DNA from: Octopus bimaculoides
Taxonomy: Eukaryota
Assembly: GCF_001194135.2 (NCBI RefSeq)
Contig: NC_069003.1
Coordinates: 19,934,049-19,998,048 of the forward strand
Reading direction: 5' to 3'
Length of the DNA stretch: 64,000 bases
Numbering within the stretch: position 1 is the first letter of the stretch; every line of letters begins with the position of its first letter. The translations under genes were made by a program, and so were the position numbers. The notes beneath the pieces were generated by a model. That model had not been told where the DNA came from. It did no database searches and saw only the letters and a program-made list of their open reading frames with translations. Of this stretch, positions 24,256 through 37,489 are shown piece after piece.

Positions 24256-24872
24256 GTAGATATGTGTGTGTGTGTGCACGCGCACATGTGTGTGTGTGCG
24301 TGCACACACACACACACACTTAAATTCACCTAATATAATAATATACAGACATGCAATTCCAAAGCACCTGACTGCATCTAAAATTTCATCTGGAAAAAAA
24401 TACGTCACTTGAACATGCACAATATCCAATTATCTTTTACACTTTTTATTATCATTATTATTATTATCAACACTTTGCTCTACTCTAACACATTGACAGC
24501 ATGATTTACAGTTAGAATACATAAATACACATTGCAGCAGTCATTAGTTTGAGCTGGAACAGCTGTGGCCAGTGTGACCATTAACTAATTCATTAACAGC
24601 AGGATTTACAGATAGCAATGTAACGGTAGTGGTGTTGATGATGGTGGTGGCAATAGTAGTAGTGTTAGTAGTAGTAGTTGCAACAGCAGCAGCCATTACA
24701 CAGTGCTGCCAATAGCTGTGGATGGAGGAAAAAGTTTAACACAGTCAAAATATTTTCCATTTAATGTAGTATCATAAAATGTAATATAGCAGTCGTTGTA
24801 CATCAGTGCTGCTAGCAACTTTGTACATTTTTTTTATTTATTTTGGCCTTCATTGGTCAACAGTGAGCATAG

Positions 24873-25137
24873 CTTTTCTCTCAAGATGCTTACACTCTGT
24901 GGTACATGCATACTGACATTGCACATCAGCAAAGCATACTGGCTTCATTTCTTTCAAGCCTACACATGTCCTTGGCTGTCAGCAGCCCTTGTTTCACTGC
25001 CAAATAGCACAGTTGTCTGCACACAGGCATCATACAATCTGCCTTTCACTCTGAGGAAGAGGCCTTTTGTTGCCAGCAGAGGTAGGAGTTCTCTGAACTT
25101 TGCCCAGCCTATTCTTATTCTCACAGCTATGCTCTCA
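24873..25137 (-). repeat. 265-bp direct duplicate of 23478-23742 (RTE internal segment)
   Basis: Identical apart from one substitution (ccaagtag versus ccaaatag). Confidence 0.95.
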
Positions 25138-25764
25138 TGTGATGAAAACTAGCAGTTGTCCATGCATTCAAGTTTCCTCTTTCCATGATACTAATATTTA
25201 TACTAGTGAAATACAATTTAGCACTAATGTCAACTCAAACACTGCTATCAGAATGAAAAGAACACAAACAGATATTACAAATTATCTTTCTCAAACCTCC
25301 AACAGTTCTCTCAATCTACCATCCTGGATTGGTACTTTTTTTTACTTACCCCAAAAGAATGAAAGCTGCATAGCATTTTATTCTAAACTATAACAACACT
25401 GACAATGTTAAATCATTGACAATTTAAATTACCAAGGTGCCATAGTCAGCCATTATACAAGTGAGTTAACAGCTTTAGTGTTGACAACACCTGTGGGCTG
25501 AATTGAATGGAACTTTGTAGCAAATATTTAGGGAAGGAGTTGGGTATGATTCAAATGTTCAACTCACTTTTCTAGTTTGCATGGGTAAAGATGGAATTTG
25601 TGAAGATAGATTTTCTAAGACCAGATGTCCTTCCAGTCACCAACCCTCCCCTGTTTTAAGCAAGTAATATTTCCCATGACCCAACATGTTCTCCACAGAA
25701 GACAAGAAACATTGCTTGTATGACAATGATGCTCATTTACAGCCACATGATGTCAAGACAAAGT

Positions 25765-25820
<56 letters not shown>

Positions 25821-25949
25821 NNNNNNNNNNNNNNNNNNNNNNNNNNNNNNNNNNNNNNNNNNNNNNNNNNNNNNNNNNNNNNNNNNNNNNNNNNNNNNNN
25901 NNNNNNNNNNNNNNNNNNNNNNNNNNNNNNNNNNNNNNNNNNNNNNNNN

Positions 25950-25999
<50 letters not shown>

Positions 26000-26139
26000 A
26001 CACATTTTTTTCATCATATTAAACCATTAATCTCAATGCATTTTTCTCTCTCTCTCTCTCTCCAACAATCCACATATAGTTACATATATGATGTATTTGT
26101 TTTGCAAGATTCCTGAGGTGAAATCATATGTTGAAACAG

Positions 26140-26355
26140 ATATTGTTATATTTTGGGATGGTCATTTTTCTTGCCAAATAAATACACATACTATATATTC
26201 ATTCTTCACATGTTTATTATTGTTCCTATTTTATGTCCATTGTCTTGAAATCTTTTGTCATATACCTGTGACCTCTTCAGCGACTCTCTATCCCACATGT
26301 CACCTCCCGTTCTGTTTAGTCCATTCTGTCTTTCTGTGGTGCATATCCTTATCTG

Positions 26356-26387
<32 letters not shown>

Positions 26388-26792
26388 GCATGGGTTTGCT
26401 TACTATACTGTTTGTATCCATGCTCTTTACCTATTTATCTTTTTTTCATTTATTAAAATAAAAAATAATGGTCATGGAGACAAACAACATAGTAAGTAAC
26501 CGCATACACACACACACAAAACATGAATACAAAAAACATAGATACATACACATACACATGCAGACGCATATGCATGTGCAAATAAGGATACACACCACAG
26601 AAAGACAGAATGGACTAAATAGAACTGGAGGAGAGATATGGGACAGAGAGTCGGTGAAGAGGTCACAAGCATCTGACAAAACATTTCCAGACAATGAACA
26701 TAAAATAAAAACAATAATAAATCTGAATATATAGTGTGTGTGTTTATTTGGCAACAAAAAAAAAATATGACCATCTCAAGATATAACAATAT
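26140..26792. mobile_element. Foldback element with ~290-320-bp inverted arms and a ~45-bp AT spacer
   Basis: The ORF track gives near-identical peptides on opposite strands (CQINTHTIYS...LLLFLFYVHCLE...LVHSVFLWC). Confidence 0.85.
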
Positions 26793-26796
26793 ATAT

Positions 26797-27189
26797 TCTT
26801 TTATCCTTTTATATGTTTCAGTCTCACTGCAGCCATACTGGAGCACCACCTTAACTGGTTTTAGTCGAAGAAATTGACCCCAGGACTTATTTTTTGTAAG
26901 CCTAGTACTTATTATATCGTTATCTTTTGCTGAACTGCTAAGTTACAGGGACATAAACACATCAACATCGATTGTCACGCAATGGTTGGGGGGACAAATA
27001 CAAACACACGCATAAATATATATACAACAGGCTTCTTTCAGTTTCCGTCTACCAAATCCACTCATAAGGCATTGGTTGGCCCGAGGCTATAACAGAAGAC
27101 ACTTGCCCAAGGTGCCATACAGTGGGATTGAACCGGAGATCACATGGTTGGGAATAAAGCTTCTTACCACACAGCCATGCCTGCACCTA
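26797..27189 (-). mobile_element. Full-length SINE-A
   Basis: All modules are present, and the head ends ...acacagccatgcctgcacc. Confidence 0.9.
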
Positions 27190-27204
27190 TATATGTGGAT
27201 TATA

Positions 27205-29270
27205 GTCTTGTCACCAGCATCGTAAATCAGGTGGGTCATGAAGGAGTCATACCCAATGACTGGTGTAGCAGCACCATAGTCAACTGCTACAAGGGTAAAG
27301 ATGATGCTTTAGATAGAAATAACTACAGGGGTATCAAATTATTGGATCAGGTGATGAAAGTTACAGAGAGGGTCATAGCTCAACTACTTAGGGAGAGAGT
27401 TAGCCTAGATGAGATGCAGTTTGGTTTTGTGCCAGGCAGGAGCACCACTGATGTCATATTTCTGGTAAGGCAACTGCAGGAGAAATATCTAGCCAAAGAT
27501 TAACCTCTATACTTGGCTTTTGTTGACTTCAAGAAAGCCTTTGACAGGGTCTCCCGATCCCTTATCTGGTAGTCAATGCAGAAACTGGGGATAGACGAGT
27601 GGTTGGTAAGAGCTGTACAAGCAATGTACAGGGATGTTGTCAGTAAGGTGAGGGCTGGCAATGAGTATAGTGAAGAATTCCAAGTAAGGGTTCACCAAGG
27701 ATCGGTCTTCAGCCCCCTCTTGTTCATTATAGTCCTGCAGGCAATAACAGAAGGAATTCAAGACAGGATGACCCTGGGAGCTCCTTTATGCTGATGACCT
27801 TACTCTAATAGCTGAGTCACTGCTAGAACTAGAGACGAGGTTTAGAGTGTAGAAGCAAAGTCTAGAATCAAAGGGCCTTAGGGTTAACCTAGCAAAAACC
27901 AAAGTCTTAGTAAGTAGAAGGACTGACAAATCACAAACCCCTTCAGGTAGATGGCCCTGCTCAATCTGTAGAAAAGGCGTGGGTAGAAACTCCATATGAT
28001 GTACCTGGTGTAAGCTATAGACACATAAAAAGTGCAGCAATATCAAAGGAAGGTTAACCAGGAAGATAGTTTTTGTATGTGGCAGATGCAGAGGGGCAAT
28101 AAACACTGAAGATGTACAGAAAACAGATTCGATCACATGCCAGGGGGAGAAACTAGAAGTAGCTAATAGCTCCCGCTACCTAGGTGACCAAGTCTGTAGT
28201 GGGGGTGGTTGCTCTGGGAGTGTAGCAGCTAGAATAAGAATAGCATGGGCAAAGTTCAGGGAGCTCCTACCTCTGCTGGCAACTAAGGGCCTCTCGCTCA
28301 GGATGAAAGGTAGACTGTATGAAGCATGTGTGCAAACTGCCATGCTACATAGCAGTGAAACATGGGCCATGACTGCTGAGGACATGTGTAGGCTTGAAAG
28401 AAATGAAGCTAGTATGATCTGCTGGATGTATAATGTCAGTGTGCATACATAACAGTGTAAGCACCCTGAAAAAAAAGTTGGGCATAAGAAGCATCAAATA
28501 TGGTGTGCAAGAAAGACAACTGTGCTGGTATGGTCATGTGTAGCGTATGGATGAGGACAGCTATGTGAGGAAGTGCTACTCCCTAACTGTGGAAGGAACC
28601 TGTGGAAGAGTTAGACTCAGGAAGACATGGGATGAGGTGGAGTTGCATGACTTTTGAACATTGGGCCTCACAGAGGCAATGACAGGAGACTGAGACCTTT
28701 TGAGATATACTGTGACTGAGAAGACCCGGCAACTAAAGTGAGATTGCAGCCATGCATGTCTGGGCCTGTTAAGCGTAGCCCTGATGCATCGGGCAATATG
28801 ATATGCTTGAGAAGACCTGTTGAGTCAAGTAAAACCAATATCATAGCTGTGGCCTATGCCACCAGACTGGCTCCTGTGCCAGTGGCACGTAAAAAGCACC
28901 AGCCGAACGTGGTCAATGCCAGGTCTGCCTGACTGGCTCCTGTGCAGGTGGCACATAAAAAGCACCATCTGAATGTGGCCGATGCTAGTACCCCCTGACT
29001 GGCTTCCATGCCAGTGGCACATAAAAAGCACTATCCGAACATTATCAATGCCAGGCCCACCTGACTGGCTCCCATGCCGGTGGCATGTAAAAATCACCCA
29101 CTACACTCTCAGAGTGGTTGGCATTAGGAAGGGCATCCAGCTGTAGAAATATTGCCAGATCAGATTGGAGCCTGGAGCAGCCGCTGGCTCTCCAGACCTC
29201 AGTCAAACCGTCCAACCCATGCCAGCATGGAAAACGGACAGTAAAGGATGATGATAATGATGATTTTTTT
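27205..29270 (+). mobile_element. 5'-truncated RTE LINE (~2 kb): RT, C-terminal region, 3' UTR and (GAT)n tail; decayed
   Basis: Encodes NYRGIKLLDQVMKVTERV, QFGFVPGRSTTD and LAFVDFKKAFDRV; ctttatgctgatgacc gives YADD. In-frame stops and frameshifts are present. Confidence 0.93.
28865..29100 (+). repeat. 66-bp tandem repeat, ~3.5 units, in the RTE 3' UTR
   Basis: gactggct starts at 28865, 28931, 28997 and 29063. Confidence 0.9.
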
Positions 29271-29824
29271 TTACTGCCTTCAGTCATGAGAATGCAGCCA
29301 TTCTGGAGCAAACCCTTCAAGAGTGTAGTTCACACACACACACACTGGGTTTCCCCACTCACAAGGCATTTATTATACTAGAAGATACTTGCCAAAAGTG
29401 TCACACAATGGGACCAAACCCTAACCTACATGGTTCTGAAGCTAGCTTCTTAAGCACACAGCTCTGCACTTGCCTGCATAAATTGTAAAATGAGTTCTTG
29501 CAACAAGACACAAATTAAATGTCTGTAGGTTGAGAAAGACTTGAATGAATCAATGTCAGTGTGTGACTGGTACTCATTTTAATGCTATCTAGGTTCAAAG
29601 AAATGGAATTTCTAGCAAGATTTGATCTCTGGACAATGAGATAATGAAGATAAACACTGAGTTGAGAATTCTATTATCTCAAATATTACAATTTCTTAAG
29701 TTATAAAACTCTAATGTATATATATCAAGTCTATTAGTAAATGTCTTTTATTGCAAATCAGTATTATTCTCTGATGACATCATAATAATAGGGAAACGTG
29801 GAGTTATCTCTCATACTTTCCAAA

Positions 29825-30030
29825 ATAATGGTTTCAAATTTTGGCACAAGGCCAGAAATTTTAGGGGGAGGAAGTTAGTTAATTAAATTGAACCCAGTAC
29901 TTCACTGGTACTTCATCAACTCTGAAAACTTAAAAGGTAAATTTGCCCTTGGTGGTATATGCATTCATAAAGAGTCAGAAGAAATACTGCTAAGCATTTT
30001 GTCCAATGTTCTAAAAATTCTGCCAAAATA
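29825..30030 (-). mobile_element. SINE-B
   Basis: aatggtttcaaattttggcacaaggcc...gaaatactgctaagcattttgtcc. Confidence 0.75.
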
Positions 30031-31643
30031 ATTCATATGAATCAAAGTGCAGACATGTATATATGGTATATATGATTAAGAGGTTTTCTTCACAACCATG
30101 TATGTGGTTTGATATTTGGTTCAAATATGTAACATCTGATATATTCTTGAGCTGACCAGAATCTTCCAATTAAAAACTCAGTGGGTAGAAAATATATAGA
30201 AGTCCATTGTGTGTGAGTGTTTGTGCAAGTGCCTGTGTCCACATGTCTTCTCATTGACACTGTTAGGTCAACAGTGTGATGAGTGTTTATCTCCCTCTTA
30301 ATACATCATACAAATTGGTTGGTTCCAACCTGTGCAAACCTATGGAACAAAATGTACTGTACTTAGAAATAAGAACAGGCTGGCATCAAAAAATGATATC
30401 CAGCCAGGGAATGCTGTCTCAAATAGTCTTGTCCAACCAATACTAACTTGGGTGGAAAAAAAAAATGTAAAACCAGAAAGAAGCCAATGACCAATATTGA
30501 TTTTTTTTTTTTTTCCTAACCACAATTATTGCTTTTTGATGTTCTTGCATTAAATATGTTGTCACTGACTTAGTTGCATTCAATAATATATTAATATCAA
30601 GCAATATTAAATATTATAAACACCAGTTTGAGACAGAAAAAAAACCAAAGTCTCACTGATGAGACATAACTCTTGTATCTATCACGTGCAAAATCTGTTT
30701 CTCTTTTCTGTTTTAAAAATAAGTGTGTTTTGTGTAATGTTTCATACCACTTTACATTGGAAATTTTCACAGTTAATTCATTGATCAACTATTAATAGTT
30801 TAGACAGTATAGCAGTAGTGTGTTGAAATAGTAACTTTGTACACAAATGACAGAATCATTAGCATATCAGACAAAATACTTAGCAACATTTCTTCCATCT
30901 CATTATGTTCTGAGTTCAAATTCCACCTAGGTCAGTTGAGTACTGGGTCCGATGTAATTGACTTACCTCATTCCTCAAAATTACAAGCCTTGTGCCAAAA
31001 TCAGAAAGGAATTAAGGTAGTAGGTGAGCCGGGGTGGGGAGGGGTTGCTGTAAATTATAGATTTGAGTTCTTTGTGTTTAGGGAAAACACAGGAGTTCTA
31101 TAACAGAATAAGTTTGGTAATCACTGAACTTTGATGCAGCTGGCCTCCAATCTTTTAAGCTTGTGGGGAGGTACTTTAAAGTAGTAAATAAAGTGCCATC
31201 GTGAGGGTGACACCACTCTCAACATGTGGCCAACTGTGAACCTATGGATCAGTTCCACTAATGGTTTCTGTTTCTTTCCCCTTGGCACCCTAACTCCTTA
31301 TACTTAAACTACGCAGTGACACCCTTGTTTTACTTCAAAAGAAACAACATCTGCTCTATAAGAAAATCTGCTGTACTCTGAAAGCATTTTCTCACTCTCT
31401 CATCACACACAATTACATTTCTGGAATACAGACTTTGACATTTTTATCAATTATGTTATTAAAATTTAGAACTTTGTGATACCCTTACAATACATCTTAA
31501 TGCGTCATGACACACCCCTGTTTGTCATGACACTCTGGCTGGAAACCACAGAGTGCAGACTACTGTTAGAAAATATTTTATGCACACATTTATTGAAACC
31601 AATCACCCAACCACTACCACTATACTCCGTACAAACAAAGCAA

Positions 31644-31999
31644 TTTATTACCTCTGCCTTAGCAAAGGTGGGGGTATTGTTTGTTTGTCTAGGGACAAGA
31701 TATCTCAAGAACTGCTGGATGGATTCGGATGAAACTTTCAGGGATGTTTAGCCTCATGACTGGCACAAACTGATTAGATTTTGGGATCAATCCAGTACTG
31801 GATAAGGGTTCTGGAATATTTATCCGTTTTTTTTACTTAATTTTTGAGAACGGTCAGGTTCATTTTTAGTATTCTCGTTTGTGAGAGCAGTCGAGTTTAT
31901 TTCATATATTCTCATTTAAAAAAATCATCTCTGGCTAATCACTGAGAGGACGTTGGTGTTGCCCTTGGCAGAAGTTTGTGTTCTCTAAGTGGTCTTGTT
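31644..31999 (+). mobile_element. Helentron/DINE-1-like non-autonomous element
   Basis: Starts tttattacctctgcc, then has a (TGTT)n stretch and ggatggattcggatgaaacttt, and ends ccttggcagaagtttg...gtggtcttgtt. The subterminal inverted repeats and TT ends are typical of this class. Confidence 0.6.
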
Positions 32000-33323
32000 A
32001 TGTTTACATTCATCCTTCATGTCTCTGAAGATGTGCAGATTAGCAGCTTTACACTGTGGATATTGAGGTGGATTATAAGGCCAATATTGGCATAAAACTC
32101 ATGGTTACAGTGGGGGTACCTAATAGAAAAATCAGGACTCAGTGGTACTCTTGCTTTCTATACAGCCCTCATTTATTTAGTTTTTCTGATCATTTTTGAT
32201 TCGAGTGCTGTATTCTAGAGTCATCATCATCGTGTATTGAACACATTTTGCAGCATGTTGATGGCACTAAAACAAAAGCCTTCCTGATAAAATGTGAGCT
32301 CTCCCATTGGATGAAGTCATAATGCTACTTTGTTCTTACTTTCTCATAGTGTCTTCTTGGCAAAGATATGAGAGTGGTTTATCACTGCCTTCCCCAACTG
32401 GATGGCCATTGGTCCACAAGAAGCCAATTGTTACTTCACCAAAAAAAAAAATCTGTTTAAGGAGTCTGAAGTCAGGCAAGTGTGCTACATATCCACTCTA
32501 CTGCAGTTGGAATTTTTACTTAGGAAAGTATACACGACCGAAAATTAATTAATGCTGTTGCCAGCATCCACTCATCAGTTACATCCCAACTTAGTAACAT
32601 TGAAAGTAGAGTCAACTTAAAAAGATTTTGCCAATTGTAGCAGTTATTTTGCCCTAGGTCACCCATCATTGAGCAGACCCCTCATCAAAAGGCATCTCAG
32701 CCATAACCATACCAGCTTTTGATATCAGGTATAGTAAAAGTCAAGAATACATTAGCCAGTGTGATCTTCAGCAAAGTGTGATTTGTAAGAGACTCAATTG
32801 TTATTTCTAACAAGTCAAGCAGTCGCTTAGAGATTCCCTCATTGACACAAGCTGTAGCTGTTTAACATTCATGGTATTCAATTTTTTTATTTGTTTATAT
32901 TCCAAAACTATTTTATCCTTATGACTCCCTGATAAGTGAAAAAAAAAAAGAGAGAAAAAAGAAATATAAACACAATTTTTCAATCTGTAAGTTCTGAATT
33001 TGCACATTCTTCAAATGACCACTCTACAAAAAGAAAGTATGGAATAAATTGAAAAACCAGTGCTTTTTTGGAAGATAAAACTTCATCTAAGAATATTCTA
33101 TAAGAACTGGCATTTGTCATTTGCTGGCACTGGAAAATTACTTAGATTGGATCAAAGGAAACCTAACAAAATGGTAGCTGTCTGAAGTAGCATACATATT
33201 CAAGTAATTAATTAGGCAGAAATCATACCCAGATGAAAGCAAAGATTTCAATGCATCTGTGAACTAGTATCCTTGCTTGATGAAGAAAAAGAATTGGATG
33301 CTGCAACAGGAAACTGAAGAACT

Positions 33324-33723
33324 GTGCAGACATAGGTGTGGCTGTTTAATAAGAAGTTTGCTTCCCAACTACATGGTTCCAGTTCAGTCCCACTACATGG
33401 CACCTTGAGCAAGTGTCTTCTACTACAGCCTCAGGCCAACCAAAGGCTTGTAAGTGCATTTGGTAAATGGAAATTAAAAGAAGATTGTCATGTGTGTGTG
33501 TGTGTGTGTGAGCACGTGTTTGTGTCTATCCTTCATCACCACCATTTAACAACCAGTGTTGACATGTTTATGTCCCTGTAACTTAGCAGTTTTACAAAAA
33601 GAGACAACAGAATAAGTAGCTTGATTCAAAATAAAAAGATTGATTCGTTGAAGTAAAATACTTCAAGGCAGTATCCCAGCATGGCTGCAGTCTAGTGACT
33701 GAGACAAGTAAAAGATAAAAGAA
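33324..33723 (+). mobile_element. Full-length SINE-A
   Basis: Head, core, (TG)n and tail gagacaagtaaaagataaaaga. Confidence 0.88.
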
Positions 33724-34210
33724 AATGCAGAGAAACTATTGCATCATGATAAAACAGCACAAATAACTCCCATGTCATAGTTGTCAGGTAGGTTGGTCAC
33801 CTGTAATTACTGGTATTCAAATTAACAGCTTAGCTTTTACTGCAACAGCTGTTAGAAAAAAAGTACAGTGTAAAAGTTCGTTTATTTCTACTAAATTTTC
33901 AATATTTCATTACAATCACAATGATAAATAAGTTATGTAAGTTTATTCAATCATACCTTTTACTGGGAAATAGAAGTGCTAAATACAAAGCAAAGGGTGA
34001 AAACTAACAGTGGTCTCCATTAGCAAAACCTATTCTATAAACTTAGCAAAGTTGGTTGTCTGTACACTGGAGCAGAGGCAAGTGCCAATGAATTAAACCA
34101 GTTGGAATTACAGTGGTACACAGTAACATGTTAGGCAATGTGTTACCCTTGTTTAGGCATGCATAGTAAAGGTTTACAAATTCTTTCTGACTTTCAGAAA
34201 TTGGTTTTAA

Positions 34211-34658
34211 CCCTTTAGCACTCAGATTACTTTGTCAAATTAATGCTTATCTATTCACATTGTTTTGAATTAATCATGTATTATCTTGTAGCATTAGGGT
34301 GGTGAGCTGGCAGAAACGTTAGCACGCTGGGTGAAATGCTTAGTGGTATTTCATCTGTCTTTACGCTCTGAGTTCAAATTCCACCAAGGTTGACTTTGCC
34401 TTTCATCCTTTCAGGGTCGATACATTAAGTACCAGTTGCATACTGGGGTCAATCTAATTGACTGGCCTCCTCCCCCAAAATTTCAGGTCTTGTGCCTAGA
34501 GTAGAAAAGAATATCTTGTAGCGTTGATATTTTGATAATGCGATTGTATATTTTAGAATGATATTGTACATTCAGTATGAGAGGCCAGATCTGGCCAGTT
34601 TGAGCACAAAACAAGTAGAATATTTTGACTGGATATGGCCAATCTAAATGTTAAAGGA
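34211..34658. mobile_element. TTAA-flanked (piggyBac-type) MITE carrying a nested SINE-B
   Basis: ttaa|ccctttagca ... tgttaaagga|ttaa. Confidence 0.75.
34293..34511 (+). mobile_element. Young full-length SINE-B with an 11-bp target-site duplication
   Basis: TSD tatcttgtagc at 34282-34292 and 34512-34522; A-box tggcagaaacgtt and B-box gagttcaaattcc. Confidence 0.92.
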
Positions 34659-35433
34659 TTAAGCTTAAAAAGTCAATTTCATACAGAGCAATTCATGGAA
34701 TTTTGTCTCTGATTCAGGAAGAAACAGCATGTTTTTATAATTGTAGTTTAGCCCCAGACAAACTTTAACAGAGTAAAGCCAGCAATTAAAACACTTGTAC
34801 TTTTATTCATAACCATCACATCTATTATTTTTCCAGATAGTGTATTTAGAAATACATTATCTAATGTGTTCTTCCTTATTTAAGATCACAGGGTGTGATA
34901 TGAAGGCAGTTTGGTGGCTATTTCTAGCAGTGGAAATGACACTGTAGAGATATCTCCAAAGGCAAAAGAAATGATGCAGAGAGCAAAGATTTAGCATTCC
35001 CTTACTTTTCAGCTGAAGGTGGGAAGGGGTTATAGTACCTAAACCATCCACACACACTTTTCCAACCTCAGCCTCATGGACTTCCGGATAGTCCTAGTTC
35101 TTAAAACTCATTTCCATCACTGGTCTCCGTTGACCAAAGGAGCAAGATGTTTAAGAAAGCATGTTTAAGTCCAGAAACACAAACAGACACAAACTGTGAC
35201 ATCTTACTGAATATACATTTTTGGAATGACCATGAATTTATGATTTTCAGTCTTGTTACAGTCTATATAAAATTTAATGTAAATGCTAATTCAGTTTGAG
35301 CCAATGGAAATTATGTAAAATACCATGGCAAATAAATAATTCCATAGGAAAAAATTTATATTATATAACTATGTATCATAACATATGTACACCGTCGATA
35401 GGCCAGTCACTGTTCCGAGATAATAACTCTTAA

Positions 35434-36051
35434 CTCTTTAGCATTCACATTATTCTGTCAAATATAATTTCTTTTAATTTCTTTCTTTTATTTGTTTCAG
35501 TCATTTGACTGCGGCCATGCTGGAGCACTGCCTTTAATTGAACAAAGCGACCCCAAGACTTATTCTTTGTAAGTCTAGTACTTATTCTACCAGTCTCTTT
35601 TGCTGAGCTACTAAGTCACAGGGACATAAACACAAACCAACATCGATTGTCAAGCGATGGTGGAGGAACAAACACAGACACATAAATACATATATACATA
35701 TTTATACAACGGGCTTCTTTCAGTTTCCATCTACCAAATCGACTCACAAGGCTTTGGTCAGTCTGAGGCTACAGTAGAAGACACTGGCCCAAGATGCCAT
35801 GCAATGGGTTTGAACTCAGAACCATGTAGTTGAGGAACAAGTTTCTTGCAACACAGCCACTCCTGCACCTATGTTTATTTATTCACAGTGTTTTGAATTA
35901 ATCAGGAATTATCTCATAGCTTTTCAAGAATATGGTCATTTATTTTTAGAATGATAATACAGGGTAGTTTTGAGAAGCTAGATCTGGTCAGTTTGAATCA
36001 AAAGCAGATTGAATATTTGGGCCAGATACGGCTGGTTTGAATAATAAAGGG
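35434..36051. mobile_element. Second TTAA-flanked MITE of the same family, carrying a nested minus-strand SINE-A (~35480-35870)
   Basis: ttaa|ctctttagcattc ... aataaaggg|ttaa; the internal sequence matches 34211-34658. Confidence 0.78.
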
Positions 36052-36249
36052 TTAAGGACACGCTGTGTTAAAAATACAAATATTAAGAGAAAGATGAAAA
36101 TTCATCCATGCAGTAACCAATGAGAGCATCAGATGCATTTTGGGGCTTTTGATGCATTTTCAATGGCATGTGCTCACAGTCATCCTCAGGCTCAGATGGG
36201 AATTTGTCATCTCTGATATATGAAAAAGTGAATAAAACATTCTCAGCAG

Positions 36250-36400
36250 TGCATTGTGTCCTAGAAGAAGGCACTTCATTTCATGTTGCTCCAGTCCACT
36301 CTGCTGAAAAGGAGTTACATCTGCTGCAGACTGATCCCTCACACACTTCTGACCCAAAATTTGCAAATGTGAGATGTCAGCAGCCCTTGATGGCTACAAC
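36250..36400 (+). mobile_element. Old SINE remnant of a further family; related to ~3345-3480 and ~40300-40400
   Basis: Shared motif ttgtgtcct..g..aag.cact...ttgct(c/t)cagtccactc. Confidence 0.5.
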
Positions 36401-37489
36401 ACACTAGAATAATGAGAAGATAGAGTCATAAGTCGAATGTCATGGTATAATATATATTTGCTTTGTTACTATTATTGATTAACAGCAGATCAAATCTGAT
36501 TGAACAGAACAATTAAAAAATATTCCAGCTATGGCTATCCCATTGTTTTGTTTTTTACTTTTCTTTTGTCAGCTGTAATATATCCATGGATACATCAATT
36601 TGCATTTTGGGTTCTGGTTTTCTTTTTTCCTTCCTAAAGTCAGTAGAGTGGTAAGAAAGAGATTTGGTTGTTATTTCTAGCAATGCAACTGACTGCATAT
36701 AATCACCTTTTATCTTTTGGTGCAAGCTATAAAATTCTCCCAAAAGACTTAAGATATTACAACTGTAAACCACTTCAAATACGATATCCTGTTTTCAATT
36801 ACAATATACAGAAGCAGTGCCCCAAAGGGTTACATAGCATTAATTACCATAATGGCTCTAAAGATAACGAATTATGTGTAATTGGGATGAAAGAACCTAT
36901 AAATAGTTGAATCTAATGGTACTTTTACACTGTGATATATTTGCATGTGCACGCACACCATTATGTAACCAGTTTACAAAGGGAATAAAACTGCATACAA
37001 AACTAAATGCATATGTTCAAAACAGATGCATGGTTCTAAGAATAAGGCAGATAAATGTGTTAAATTTAGTAATGTTCAAGGCTAAAAATAGTGTGCAAAT
37101 TTATGCTCTAAACAACCCTAAACGTCATTATGGTCTTTTATATATTTTATTTATTTATCACAGTTTGGTGGACAATAGCATCAATGGTTGCAAGTTTTGA
37201 AAGGCCAATCATTGGTTCAAGTATTTCTGATGGTGAGAGTAACAAAGGGAGTGTCTATAAATGAGTGCTGAACAAAGATGATGACTTCATTGCACACAAC
37301 AATGCCAGTTATGTATGTGCACATGCATGTGTATGTGTGTATAATTACATATACATATGTGTACATACACACATACATGGTGGACATAGTTCACTTGGAC
37401 ATAGTTCACTGTGTACATGTGTATGTATATGTGTGTATGATGGTAGTATGGTGGGATGTGCAACATCAGTGTGCACATACAACAAAGTG

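Noticed and set aside
25350-25371. Minus-strand ATG CAG CTT TCA TTC TTT TGG G|gtaagt as the missing phase-1 start exon
   Set aside because: Phase and donor fit, but MQLSFFW is not a convincing match to MPDZ/Patj N-termini and such matches arise by chance in 46 kb; it needs junction reads.
34293-34380. tRNA genes at SINE heads
   Set aside because: A and B boxes are present but there is no complete cloverleaf, and the heads continue into SINE bodies.
36083-36407. Overlapping short ORFs in a moderately GC-rich patch (includes MPLKM)
   Set aside because: Partly a SINE remnant, with no usable donor after MPLKM and no recognisable domain.
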